Assembly (NCBI GenBank): GCA_951406725.2
Contig: OX597817.1
Span: 85,312,001-85,376,000 of the forward strand
Length of the DNA: 64,000 nt
Direction of reading: 5' to 3'
Source: Octopus vulgaris
Taxonomy: Eukaryota
The notes below the pieces were generated by a model. The model did not search any database and was not told the origin of the DNA. It worked only from the letters and a program-made list of their open reading frames with translations. Below are positions 1-12,729 of this stretch, piece by piece; the stretch's first letter is position 1; each line of letters starts with the position of its first letter. Made by a program: the position numbers and the translations under genes.

Positions 1-1673
1 TTCAGTAGCTATATGCTGTTTGCATCATTTTCGCTCTTGCTAAACTTACTAAATTTATTAATGTATCATCAGCCATGGAATATAGAACTATCACTTGGTT
101 TAATAGAAAATGGTGATGCCTATCCTACTAAATTTTTTTTAATGGCTAAATACTTGCATTTGTTTGCTTCTCTTAAGAAGCCCCAGTGGACAACTATTTA
201 TACAAACTGATAATATGTCCATGTTATCATCATTAAGACCCCCCTCGTTTTGCCAAATTCACACTAGTAAATTAGAAAACCATATTTTCACAAAACCCCA
301 ACAATAATACCACACACATATTATAAATGTGTAAATAACATACATAGCAGATAATGGAAGAATTTTATGTCAGTATATTTGTGTATGTGGGTGTGTGCAC
401 ATGTATGTGTGTGTGTCTGAGAGAGTGAGAGAGAGAAAGGGAAAAAGAGAGAAATGGGAGAGAGTGAGAGCAATAAAGAGTGAAAATTTTAACAGGAAAT
501 ATGCTATTAGGCTGAGAGCTGGACTTATAGAGATGTTAGATATTGCTATCTGAAGCAAAGTATTAGAAATGGTAAACTTTGGTTAAATCTATTTGTTGAA
601 TAATCCTATTTTCCTAAGATATTCTGTTCTGTTTTCAAAGAAAATACCAACTTATATTCAAAGCTTTATATAAACAGGATTATATAATGATAGTTGACAA
701 AAAGAAAAAGCAAAATTCACTGATATTTAAATTTACTTTTATAGTAATCTGCTAAAGATATCATTTCTTCAGATATATTTTGAATTACTGAAAAGGCCTC
801 AGATACTAGAAGGACCTAGTTGCTCTTCTCCATGTTTTCTCTGCTAATCCCCATGATATTCCTTCATAAAGTTAGATACTTATTCATTTAATCAGGCATT
901 TGATAACAATCTAAATGTTGTTAGTTATCAATATCTTAATAATTAACTAATTAATCATAGTCTTAACTGAAAATTAATATTGCTAATCTATGTCAAGCAA
1001 CACTTAAAATATGGTCTGTGCTCAGTGTAGTCTTCTGCTGCTGACAGTGATGACAGTGTTGTCATCATCATCATCTTCATTGTTGTCATCCTAGTGGTAG
1101 TATTAAAGCAATGTCCTCACTTGATTCTTCTCTTAAACATCATAAGCAACATGGATTTGGCCTTTCAGTCCTGCTTGGGACCTACACACTTTTGAACAGA
1201 TAAAGCAATGATGGGTACCTTTTGCAGCAGGTGTTCACAGAGCTTACCACCCATGCTTAACTACAACATACAGAACATAATAAAAATGTTAAAAATCAAA
1301 TGATATCTGGGTGTTAAGCTTTTTAAAGTCAGGAAAGGCCTTGTGCAGGGCCTATCCCATTCTCTGAACAACATATGCATTTAAAAAAAAAAAAGAAAAA
1401 AAAAGCGATGAAGTAGCTGACATCATCAGAGGTAAACAAAGTCATATGTGTTACATAAGAGTTTTCTTTCCAGAGAGATGTCTAAACAAAGACTAGGGGC
1501 CTCTCACTCCCAGCTGTTGGATGGTCATTGACTCTACTGAGTTATTTTGTCTTTTGACAAGTTTTATTTTTTGTCCCGCAAAATGTCCACCATAAAAAAA
1601 TAAAAAAAAAACACTCGTGGCTGGTTTTGCTGGTTTAATTGCCAGTGGCTTGATCATGTGATAACAAGAACAC

Positions 1674-1713
<40 letters not shown>

Positions 1714-4188
1714 ATATTATCTAAGAAGTTTATATCTATTTAATTAATTTTAAATGAATTCCATGAAACTTCTCAAGTAACTTTTCAAGGTGTAGATTAG
1801 ATCTTTTACAATTTGATGTAGACACACCAGTTATTCATGTTTATTACAAGTAAATATGAGGTGGTGCTGGAGAATGATATGCTGGAATGAGAAATGGAAA
1901 TTGGCTATGAATGTCATTTATTTTGGAGTTCAAAGTGAAGAAGAATTTAATAAAAGTTTTAGTTTTGAGTTATGGTGGTGGTGGTGGAGTCAGTAAATAA
2001 GAGGAAAGCAGGAACATTTGTTGAATTCAGTCTTTGAAGTTAATTTTTGTCTTTCTGTATGCAAACTATATTTAAGACATAATTTGTAATTATCTTTGGC
2101 TATTAAGCTGAGTCAAATGGTTTTGATTATTGTTAAATGAATATTTAATCAGTTGCTAACAGCTCTTGTTTACTTTCAGAAATATTTAAATATTTCTGTC
2201 CATCCATAAATTATTTCACATATAAGCTGTTCATTTTTAATGCAAACTTAGGCATGATTATCGATAGACATATAAAAGTCTATACATCAGAGCTGATTAC
2301 CTTGCTTTTAAAAGTCTCCATGAGTGGGTGGTGGGAACAGAGTACTGACCCTAGTGCCTGCAACAAAGTGGACACTGTTAATGGAATCTAAAGTTGAGTG
2401 GCAAGGTCTATAAGAGAAATTTTGCAAAGGAGAACAAGGTTGATTTTGAGCTTCACTTTTTGAGTGGGTGTTACCCACCTCCTCTCATCAGAAATTCACA
2501 CTGCCCAATTAGGTTGACTGAAACTGTGTGAAAGGCCATCAAATGGATTGTGCCTGTAATTTAAATGTCTGTCCTTGTCATACACTGTGTTACCCTCATT
2601 TTGCCTGAGTATTACATTAAGGTCTGGCCTTGTCATACACTATGTTAAACTCATTTTGCCTGAGTATTACATTGAGGTTACATGTACCTGTACCTGTGGA
2701 AAACTCAGCCACTTACCTGCTAATTTAATGAACAGGTAGTTCAGTTTATTGAACAACTCGATTATCATCAATGAAACTGATGAAGACCAATTTATTTATG
2801 ATTCTATAGCTTTCTGTATATGACTCAGAATAGCTTTGACAATAAGGTGCCAAAGAAAATCAGAAAAGTTCATAAATTGAAGCAATTAATATTAATTTAC
2901 AGACATGAAGGGTTTAGTCGAACAAATTAACTCCAGTACTTATTTTTCAGTTAGTCCTTTTTGCCAAACTGCTAAGTTACATTCACATAAATAAACCAAC
3001 ACTGGTTGTCAAGTAGTGGTGGGGAATAAACACATACACAAAGACACACATTTTGATATATACATATATACAATGGGCTTCTTTTAGATTCCAGCCACCA
3101 AATCCACTCACGAAGCTTTGGTCAGCTCGAGGCTATAGTAGAAGACACTTGCCCAAAGTGCCATGCAATTGGACTGAACCCAAAATCATGTGGTTAAGAA
3201 GAAACTTCTTACCATACAACCATAGCTGTTTCTATGATAAAAAATTTTTTTGTTAAAAAACTGAAAAAGTGATTTTGAAAAGGCATCAACATTGGAATTT
3301 TAAACTTGATAGAGTCAGGTACCTAAGTTTAAACATAATTTATGCATTCTCAATCAGACGGAATTCAGTAAGATATTTACACCTTAATAACCTCTTTACT
3401 ATGAGAAAAACCACTAACTACTGACAATACTGTACATGATACACACACACACACTTGCATAAAAAAGTGTGCATGCATGTTCATACACATACATATGCAA
3501 ACATGCACATGTACATACACATATGCAAACATGCATGGGTACACACACATAAGCACACATACTCATGCACACGTATACACATACATACATATACATGCAC
3601 ATTAACATATATACGTACATATAGTCACACTACACAGAATTACACACACATACACATGCATAAACACAGGCACACATGCATTCATGCTACACACATCATC
3701 ACAGAGACACATACACATATGTGCACACACACACACACTGTTATTTGTTGATAGAACTAAAGGTTGTATAATTCCGAACCCATATGCAAGAAATTTAAGG
3801 TATCTCTAAATGGTTATTTGACTAGTACTTTATTTTATCAACCTTGAAAGGAGGAAAAACTAAGTTGACCTCAGCAAGGTTTGAACACAGAATGTAAACA
3901 GTCAAAGGAAAGTTATAGAAATTAAAAAGGTTGTAGTTTCAGACATAACCACTTTTATCATCATACATCATTATTTTAATGTCCACTTTTCCATCCTTAA
4001 ATGGGTCACATGGAATTTGTTGAGGCTGGTTTTCTTGAACCAGTTGTCTTTCCTGTCACCTGTTTCCAAGTAAGGTAATATTTCCTATAGCCAGACATAC
4101 GTTTTTTCATGGAAGACTGGAAATGAATAACATAACTCTTATAACAGTGATGCTCTTTTACAGCCATCATGTGATGTTAAGACATGAG

Positions 4189-4280
4189 TACATACATACA
4201 TACATACATACATACATACATACATACATACATACATACATACATACATACATACATACATACATACATACATACATACA
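4189..4280. repeat. (TACA)n microsatellite
   Basis: Perfect run abutting the RTE 3' end. Confidence 0.97.
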
Positions 4281-5488
4281 TTATGGCTGCCCCCTCGTTA
4301 TCGAGTATGGCCATTGCACGAGGCTTAACTGTTACTGGTGCTGTGATCGAATGTGACTTTTTAGCTCAGCTAAAGATCTACAATGTCTTGTACAAAATTG
4401 GCAACTAAAACCTTTACTGGTAATAGCCGGCTGTAGTTGTAACTGTCGTTTAAGTCCTCCTGCCGAATTACACTCTCTTCCACATGCCCGACAGATATGA
4501 TTAGTATGGTGTGTTACACCACCACCAGTGGCCAGGTTGTCACTCATCTGTCTCATTTTATGACTATGAAGATGACTCTTGAGTCCAGCTTTACTGAGGC
4601 AGGATCTTGCACAGACATTGCATGTCAGCATCAAAGGAAGACCCTTCCCTTCTGGAAGTGTAACAGCGATGTCCTTCATGACATCCCTCCTTACTTTCTC
4701 ATGTGCAACTCGAGATTTCTCAAAAGATGATTGTGAGCTAGTAGCACATACAGAGATTGATATGCAACACATTTTGAATGCATTCTCTGATGCTTGCACT
4801 GCCTTAGGATTGACAGTCAATCTCAAGAAAACTGTTATCATGCATCAACCTGCCCCTGGTAAGCAGTATAGTGTACCAAATATCTATGTGTATGGTAAAC
4901 GACTTGATGTAGTTGATCAGTTTGTCTGCCTGAGAAGCACTATTAATAGATATAGCAATTTGGATGATGAAATTCCATATAGAATTAGGAAAGCAAGTGT
5001 TGCTTTCGGAAAGCTAGTAAAGCGCCTCTGGAGTTGGCGAGACATATGCAGAAAGACAAAGATAAAGGTGTACAAGGCATGTGTGCTTCCTTCTCTTCTC
5101 TATGCCTGCAAGACGTGGGTCACATATCGATACTACCTTAAACGTTTCCATCAGATGTGCCTCAGACGGATCTATGGCATTAAGTGGAAGGACTGCATCA
5201 GTGATCTTGAAATATTGGAACGCTCTTGATGTGAAAGTATAGAAGCTCTTGTGTTAAAGCAAAGGCTCAGATGGAGTGGTCATCTGGTCAGAATGAAGGA
5301 TTCAAGGATGCCAAAACAACTCTTTTATGGAGAGTTAGCTAAAGGAGAATGACCTCCACATAAACCAAAAAAGAGGTATAAGGACTTGCTGAAGGCTTCC
5401 TTAAGAGATGCTTGCATCTCTCCTGACACATGGGAAGGCATAGCTATTGATCGTAGCAGGTGGAGAAGGATTGTGCATGAGGGATCAT
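4281..5488 (-). mobile_element. RTE (BovB-like) LINE, 5'-truncated with 5' inversion
   Basis: Plus 4726-5488 encodes RT from DDCELVAH through RLRWSGHLVRM..RMPKQLFYGEL..WRRIVHEGS with stops. Minus 4731->4281 encodes the continuation SFEKSRVAHEK.., zinc fingers, stop at 4332 and a short 3' UTR. Confidence 0.9.
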
Positions 5489-5889
5489 ACATACATACAT
5501 ACATACGCACACACATATATATACACACATGTAACAAGTTCTTTTCAGTTTTTGTCTATCAAATCAACCCACAAGGCTTTGGTCGACCTCAGGCTATAGT
5601 GAAAGACATTTGTTCAAGGTACTATACAGTGAGATTGAACCTGAAATTATATGGTTGGGAAGTCAGCTTCCTAGCTACACAGCCACACCTGTACCTACAA
5701 TAATGCATATATTATTTCTCTTATGATGGAATATTGCTGGAAATTTCATGTATCACCATGCAACCAATAAGGACTGTTGGGATATTGTAAACTGGCATGA
5801 ATATACTTGATCATTATATGGATGTTGAAATATTAAATTTTAAGACTTGTTTTAAAAGGCTGTTGCAAAAAGTGAAAAAATAAGAAACA

Positions 5890-6118
5890 TTAACCCCTTT
5901 GATATCAACTTACCTGAAACTACACTTAATTCTATGGAACAAACATTTCACTTAAAGTAATCAAAATTTAAATTTTGCATTAAAATTTCATGTTAATTTA
6001 TATTCCAAACACTGGTTTAGTAATGACAAAATTGTTTTACTAAATTCCTCATTATTTTCAAAATTAATCAAAAGTCACAAAGTGTATTTCAACAGAAATA
6101 TCAGAACAAAAGGGTTAA
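5890..6118. mobile_element. piggyBac-like MITE
   Basis: TTAA-CCCCTTT ... AAAAGGG-TTAA termini; second copy at 10865-11090. Confidence 0.75.
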
Positions 6119-6373
6119 ATATTGTTACATTAATTTTCATTTTTTTCATTGAAATCTAGGTTTTCTAATCCTAGTTCAACTTCACTTGTCATTAAAATAT
6201 CATATTAAAACAAGAAATTTTTGATTAGAATACAAATGATTATATTTCAAACATTATTGTGTCTTGGTTCTGATATTTATTTTCACCAGAAATGTTTGTT
6301 TTTTCAGCTTTCTAGTGTTTGTGTTAAGCTATGCTTCAATTTATTTGTGTTTCATTTCTTCTTTTATAATCAG

Positions 6374-6462
6374 CTTTCATGTTGCCTGTGCAAATGGTCT
6401 CTCAGAAATTGTTAAGTTATTGATATCTTGTGGGGCTGATGTGAATGCTTGCAACACTCGAG
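6374..6462 (+). CDS. Internal coding exon of an ankyrin-repeat protein
   Basis: Polypyrimidine tract + CAG acceptor (6371-6373) and AG|GTAAGT donor (GT at 6463). Translation (x)FHVACANGLSEIVKLLISCGADVNACNTR(G) fits the ankyrin consensus LHxAAxxGxxEIVKLLLxxGADVN. Enters in phase 2, exits in phase 1. Confidence 0.85.
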
Positions 6463-6530
6463 GTAAGTTATGTTCGATTGCAAACATTCAGAAGTTATTC
6501 TTTAGTCCACTCTACTATATATGGTTGTTG

Positions 6531-6658
6531 TCTTCTTCTTCTTCTTCTTCTTCTTCTTCTTCTTCTTCTTCTTCTTCTTCTTCTTCTTCTTCTTCTTCTT
6601 CTTCTTCTTCTTCTTCTTCTTCTTCTTCTTCTTCTTCTTCTTCTTCTTCTTCTTCTTC

Positions 6659-6690
<32 letters not shown>

Positions 6691-6703
6691 CTTCTTCTTC
6701 TTC
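6531..6703. repeat. (TCT)n trinucleotide repeat, ~57 units
   Basis: Near-perfect, with one interruption at 6660. Confidence 0.97.
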
Positions 6704-7869
6704 CATCATCATTGTTGTCATTATCATCATCAACATCGTCATGTTACACAGTATCAACTGTAATCTAAATCTGTAGAAATCATTTACTATATTACAGACA
6801 TTGTTTTTATCACTCTATCCTTAGATGTGCTCCTTGTTAGAACTGGCTAACAAGTAGGAAAATCATAATTCTTCATAGACAATATTTCTTGGAAATTTAG
6901 TTAATCAATACGAATTACTTGCTTACTATTAAACCATTTCTGACCAACTTGTGTGTAATTAGAAATGTCACCGAAACCATTCTAAGGTTATGCTGACATG
7001 GTTAATCTATGGATTTCTGTTGACTAATGGAATGAAAGAAAAATACTAATAAAACATTACCATTTTTTAATTTTTATTTTTGGCATAAGTCTTAAACATA
7101 TGACTGCAGCATTTAACTGTAAAATAGAAAAGTAAGTGGAAACTAGCTACAGGGCAAGTGAACAGCAGGAGAAATCTTTAGAGAAAGAACTTCCATCAAT
7201 AAAATGTTTTGGCCCATAAACTCACTCATACATATTAAATCCAAAAATAGCTCAGTATCCATGACTTTTGGAAATATTTTTCACAGTCAGAATTGTTGGG
7301 TGTTTGTTGACTAGACATTGCATCCTTCAAAAATTCCATGCTTCTTGTAAATCACCAACTCTACTCCCAATGTGCCTATGTACCCTTTCCTCCTTATGGG
7401 ATTTTTGCTGTGTACAATGCATATACTTTTGACTATCAATGCTGTTTTTCTTTACTTGACTTATTTCTGCTTTCTGGCCCTTTCTTTACCTTTTCCTAAT
7501 GAATTGTGGAGCACCTGAGCATTGTATACAATAAGCTTGTGGTTGTTGTTGTTGATGTTATTAATTATCTAAGGTGGTGAGCTGGTAAAATTCTTAGTAT
7601 GCTGAACAAAATGCATTGTGGTGTTTCTCTCTCTTCTACATTCTGAGTTCAAATTTTGTCAAGGTCGATTTTGCTTTCCATCCTTTTAGGGTCAGTAAAG
7701 TAAGTACCAGTAGTACACTGGGGTCAATGTAATTGTCTTGGCCCTTCCCCTAAAATTTCAGGCCTTGTGCAAAACCAAAATCAGCAGTGTCCCCAGTGTG
7801 ACTTCATAGCAAAATCCATACCTGGACTCAAATTACATTCACTCATCCATTGCAAATAGATGCAGCTTC

Positions 7870-8083
7870 AAGGCGGCAAGCTGGCAGAAACGTTAGCATG
7901 CCAGGCGAAATGCTTAGTGGTATTTCATCTGTCTTTATGTTCTGAGTTCGAATTCCACTGAGGTCGACTTTGCCTTTCATCCTTTCGGGATCGATAAATT
8001 AAGTACCAGTTGTGTACTGGGGTCAATCTAATTGACTGGTTCCCCCTCCCCAAAAGTTTCGGGCCTTGTGCCTAGAGTAGAAA
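7870..8083 (+). mobile_element. tRNA-derived SINE with Meta-like central domain
   Basis: gagttcgaattcc B box, then gtcgactttgcctttcatcctttcgggatcgataaattaagtaccag. Other copies: 7571-7775, 3815-3900(-), 12610-12718(-), 37562-37765, 52960-53100. Confidence 0.8.
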
Positions 8084-8931
8084 CAAATAGATACAGCTTC
8101 TTTTATTCTTCTATTTTTGAAGTTGTTCTTTCTTTGTCTCACATTTTTTCTATCTTTTCTTTTTTATTTTACTTTATTTTTTTTTATTCTCTCCTTCAAA
8201 CTCTCATACATCAAAATCTACAAGAGTGACCGTTATTATTATATTCATTTACTGGATGTTGAAGCTTCATTCTAATACTACTTAGAGTTGTAAAGGTTCA
8301 GAAGTTTCTGAAATCTATTTCTTAAAGCTTCAACAGGCCTGAAACTTTGAATAGAGATCCTAGTAGATGAATAAATAAAGTCAGCAACATATGTTCAGAA
8401 TCTGGCACATCACTTTCAAAATTCTGTTACAAATGTTGGAAACCATTATCAAGAATACATTTTTTTAAAAAGCATCATTCTTACAATGGAATTAGAATAG
8501 GTTATTTAGCAATGTTATAAAATGTCACTGTTACAAATATAAAAAAATCCATTATCCTTAATTTTACTGCAAGAGTCAATATTCTTAGAAAGTTTGGCAA
8601 CTTTTATTCTTAGACAATTGTCAGAGTCTACATTTTAACAAATTATTCTCTGTTTTAGCCTGTTAACCAATGATATATGATAAAAAGCATTTCTGAACAG
8701 ATTAAGCTTTTGCCATCTGATATAGTGTAAAAGAGAGTTGTGTATTGTACATTTCCTTAATTTCTTGTACTTTGTGAACCGAGATCATCCTTTTTTTTTT
8801 CTTTTTGTCATTTTAAATGTGGATAACACCATTTCAACAGCCACAAGATATTATGGGTTAAAACAGAGTTCTTTTACACACAGTGACCTCCCCACCACCA
8901 TTTCACTCATTTCACTGAAAGAAGCTCATCA

Positions 8932-8979
<48 letters not shown>

Positions 8980-9588
8980 CATCCATCCATCCATCCATCC
9001 ATCCATCCATCCATCCATCCATCCATCGATGGATAGATGGGTGTGTGTGCGTGTGCACGCATGTGTATCTATGTGTGTATGTCATTGTATTTGTGTTTGT
9101 TGCTCACCATCACTTGACAATGAGTGGTGGTTTGTTTAAATTACTCAGAGATTCAGCCAAAAGAGACCGATGGAATAGCAGACTTTAAAACAGAAAACTA
9201 CCCGTGTCAGTTTGATCAGTTAAACCCTTCAATGCAGTGTCCCAGTATGGCTACTGTCTAATGATTGAAACAAGTAAAAGATAAAAGATACTTATTACTG
9301 AGCTTCATTGTAATAATACTCTTATCCACTGTACCACTACTTCAAATCACTATATATCCAGGAATAAGACCCCTAATGTTTATCACTGATTGAATCAACT
9401 GAAATGTTGTTATTTCATCTGTAAAGATGGGATTAATTAGTCTGAAAAATTATAATTGTATTAACAATAATTTATCTCAAACATTTAAGCATTTAATCAA
9501 GAAATTTAGATGCCTTAGAGTTAATAGCTGTGTAGAGAACAAGATATATCTGGAGTAGCTCTTCAGAAGAAAACTATACTCAAATTAT

Positions 9589-9631
<43 letters not shown>

Positions 9632-10100
9632 CTGATTGCTTACCAACAAGTAATATTCTTTGTTTAACCTCATAAAAACTTCTTGCTAAGAATGCCTTCT
9701 CATTCAAGATTGATTTGAAAATTCCTTTTGCCATTCTCATTTCTCTGTGTATTAATAATCAGGCTTTGTATTTGAAGAATGCCAGTTCCATTATTTATCC
9801 AAAATGTTACTATGCAAAACATAATAAAAGGAGAGAAGAGATTTTGTTCTTTTTAGTTTGATGTTTTCTGCTTGTATGGTTTTCACTTGCTTAAATAGTT
9901 CTGTGTCCTACAACTGCACACACAAAATGTATAGAAGTCCCAGACTCTTTGTTTGTGACTCTTACTGAACATTGTTGTCTTTATTTTGTCTTTGTTATTA
10001 CTTGCTCCAGTCAATACTACATTTTCAAGACATTTATGCTTCTCTGATTTCTTTCAATTTCCTGTATATATTAATAATAATAATAATAATGATGATGATG

Positions 10101-10137
<37 letters not shown>

Positions 10138-10864
10138 AGTAGTATGTAGTAATTCTCCAATTGAGGAGATATAAATTTCTAGTTGCTTTCCAAGCAATTA
10201 TTTCTAACATTCAACCATGATAAAGAATAAATTTGCTTTCTTTGTATGTTGACATTAGGAGCAACCTTGCTGGCCTTCACCATTATCTTCTATTTAAGAT
10301 ACTAATGTTTCCAGAAGATATAAAAGTTGTTGGAGGTTGGTTTAAGGTAATATGATGGATATTTTATTTAGGTATTTCTCATCAAATGAAAACTTTAATG
10401 GAAGGTAATGGTGCCATGTTGAATAAAAATACTGGACTCTGTTGGAAGTTTAACTGGATTTGGTAGTTAACGTTTCGCTTTATTCACATGCTTTCTGTTG
10501 CTAAAATCTAGAAATTTTCTGGTTTAATAATTCAGATATTTGATGTTTACTCTTACATTTTTTGTGAATTCATGTAAGGAATTCCAAGAAGAAAACATGA
10601 TATTGATAACATTAAGTGAGATGTGCTAGAGTATAAGTCAGCAGCCGTAAACAAAAGAAAAAGTTGAAGGATGACAAATTTGACTTCATTGTGATTTCTT
10701 AAATTTATTTATTTGTATAAGCTATTGTCAGGAACGTATAAGTTATAATCTGGTGCTCAATAAGGGAGCTCAAAATGGACATTTAATTTAGAGGAGTTGA
10801 TTTTGATCATGTATTGAGTTAGGCTCAAAATGACACTAATGTAGTGTTATATTCAGATATGAGT

Positions 10865-11090
10865 TCAACCTTTTTGTAAGCATATTTCTGTTAAAACACG
10901 CCATCATTGTTTCTATCAATTTTGAAAATAATAAAGAATTTAGTAAAATAACTTTGTCATTCCTAAGCTGATGTTTGCAACTTAAATTACAAAAAAATTT
11001 TATAGGTTTTTATTTAGATCACTTTAAAACAGCAAATTTGTATCAAAGAACCAAGGGTGGTGTCAGGCAATTTAGTATCAAAAGGGTTAA
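10865..11090. mobile_element. piggyBac-like MITE, inverted relative to the 5890 copy
   Basis: Interior aligns to the reverse complement of 5890-6118; ends aaagggTTAA. Confidence 0.7.
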
Positions 11091-12729
11091 GATTCAGATG
11101 GTCTCAAAACTAAACTTGTTGTAGAATCTATGTAAGAATTTAAGTCTTAATGCTTAAGGAGATTTCAAATGGCAGGTGACTCGATTTTTATTCAGAATGG
11201 TTTTTGTGGAACTAAAAAAGAGGAAGTTGATTCTGTAGAGGACACATTTTATGAAGGGTTAATGTACAGGTAAATATACAGGTTAATATACAGATTAATT
11301 TACCTCTGATGAACAGGTTAACCTACAGGCAAATTTCTATCACAATACAATCTTTAGTCAACTGTTTTCCTCTTGTGAAGGGATATAAATGTTATTGTAC
11401 CAGATATTATATTGACAAAGTGACAGAATATTGTTCTCTCTCTCTCTCTTTCTCTCTCAGCTACGCATAAGGCAGCATTCTATCCTCTCAATTTTCCTTC
11501 TGTTTTCAATCGTTATTTTTTTCATGGGGTTTGCCATACTAATTGAAATACTTGTTTGAACTGAAAATGCAGATGTTTTAAAACTGGATATTGTTAATGT
11601 CAGCCTTCAAATAAGGTGTGGAATCATTATCTACAAAACACACTGAGATAAGGAAAAGAATGCACTTCTACTAGATGTTCAAACTAAGGGTGTGAACATA
11701 CTATGTCTTGAAATGTAATTGATCACTTTAACCTTTAAAACCACTGCAGTTTTAGTTCAGATAACACATTTAAGATGCCACTATTGTGTACATTGCTGTG
11801 TTTTGCAAACTTTGAATAAGAAATTATTTACTGATCAATATCACAACTTTCCTTCAAATTGTCCTGACATTCTTATAAGTTCAGTTCATATATTTAATAT
11901 ATTTGGTAACTTAGCATATTGGTCCAGTGTTGCAATATATATCAACATCAATCTAGTAAAGTAAATGGATGAAGCTAGACCTATTATCTATACTTTTATA
12001 TTGTACAATGTTCTGGTTTAAGCTTTCTCTGATTCTCTTTCTGCTGCTATCATTTCAGTGAACAGGAAGCTTTCCACTACTTTGATATGCAGTCTTCTAT
12101 ATTGATTAAAAATTTGGTTTGTTATTCTGCACTGGACTGCTGTTGCTAATGCCAACATTGGTGGCTTATATGGCGTTAGTTAAAAATTGACCATTCTCAT
12201 AAGTATACAGTAATTAAAAGATAGTGCTAGCATTGAGTTTAAAACAATTACCTTATTATATGCAATACAACTACTCTTAATATATAACAGATACATAACA
12301 GACGTAGAACAGATTTTAAATTCTCAGTAGATTAATTAAACATAAAACCTGTACTCCTTAGCCTTATGCAGCTTTTTTTTTTATAATGATAAACATATAT
12401 ATATATCTATACATGGATTGGATAGGATTGCCTATGTTCTGTCCACTACAGGATGAAGTCCTCAACATGTTCTCTCCCCCAATCATGGTCTGATGTGGAG
12501 GCCATGTATTTGAGCTTGAGATCATACTGGTTTAATGAGCCTATTCTGCCACACTGGCTTGACATGGCTTAGCATAGAGGTGCAGTTTTTTATACTCTTT
12601 CCCAAGAGTAGTTGAGTGAATTACATTGACCCCAGTGCTCAACTGCTATTTATTTTATCAACCCTGAAAGGATGAAATGCAGGGTTGGCCTCAGTGGAAT
12701 TTGAACTCAGAATGTAACATACATATACA

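Noticed and set aside
1300-1480. KVRKGLVQGLSHSLNNI, RT-like GVRQG remnant
   Set aside because: Single degenerate motif; too little to call.
6374-6462. Assignment to ANKRD28/44/52
   Set aside because: One generic ankyrin repeat cannot identify the gene without a search.
6264-6776. 170-aa ORF with poly-Ser and the overlapping poly-L/E/F ORFs
   Set aside because: Only 6374-6462 is exon-like; the rest is read-through into the (TCT)n repeat beyond a strong donor.
7870-7960. tRNA gene (A/B boxes)
   Set aside because: No cloverleaf; it continues into a multi-copy SINE body.
10259-10305. Phase-compatible next exon (GATLLAF..)
   Set aside because: Early stop, no ankyrin TPLH motif, weak acceptor.
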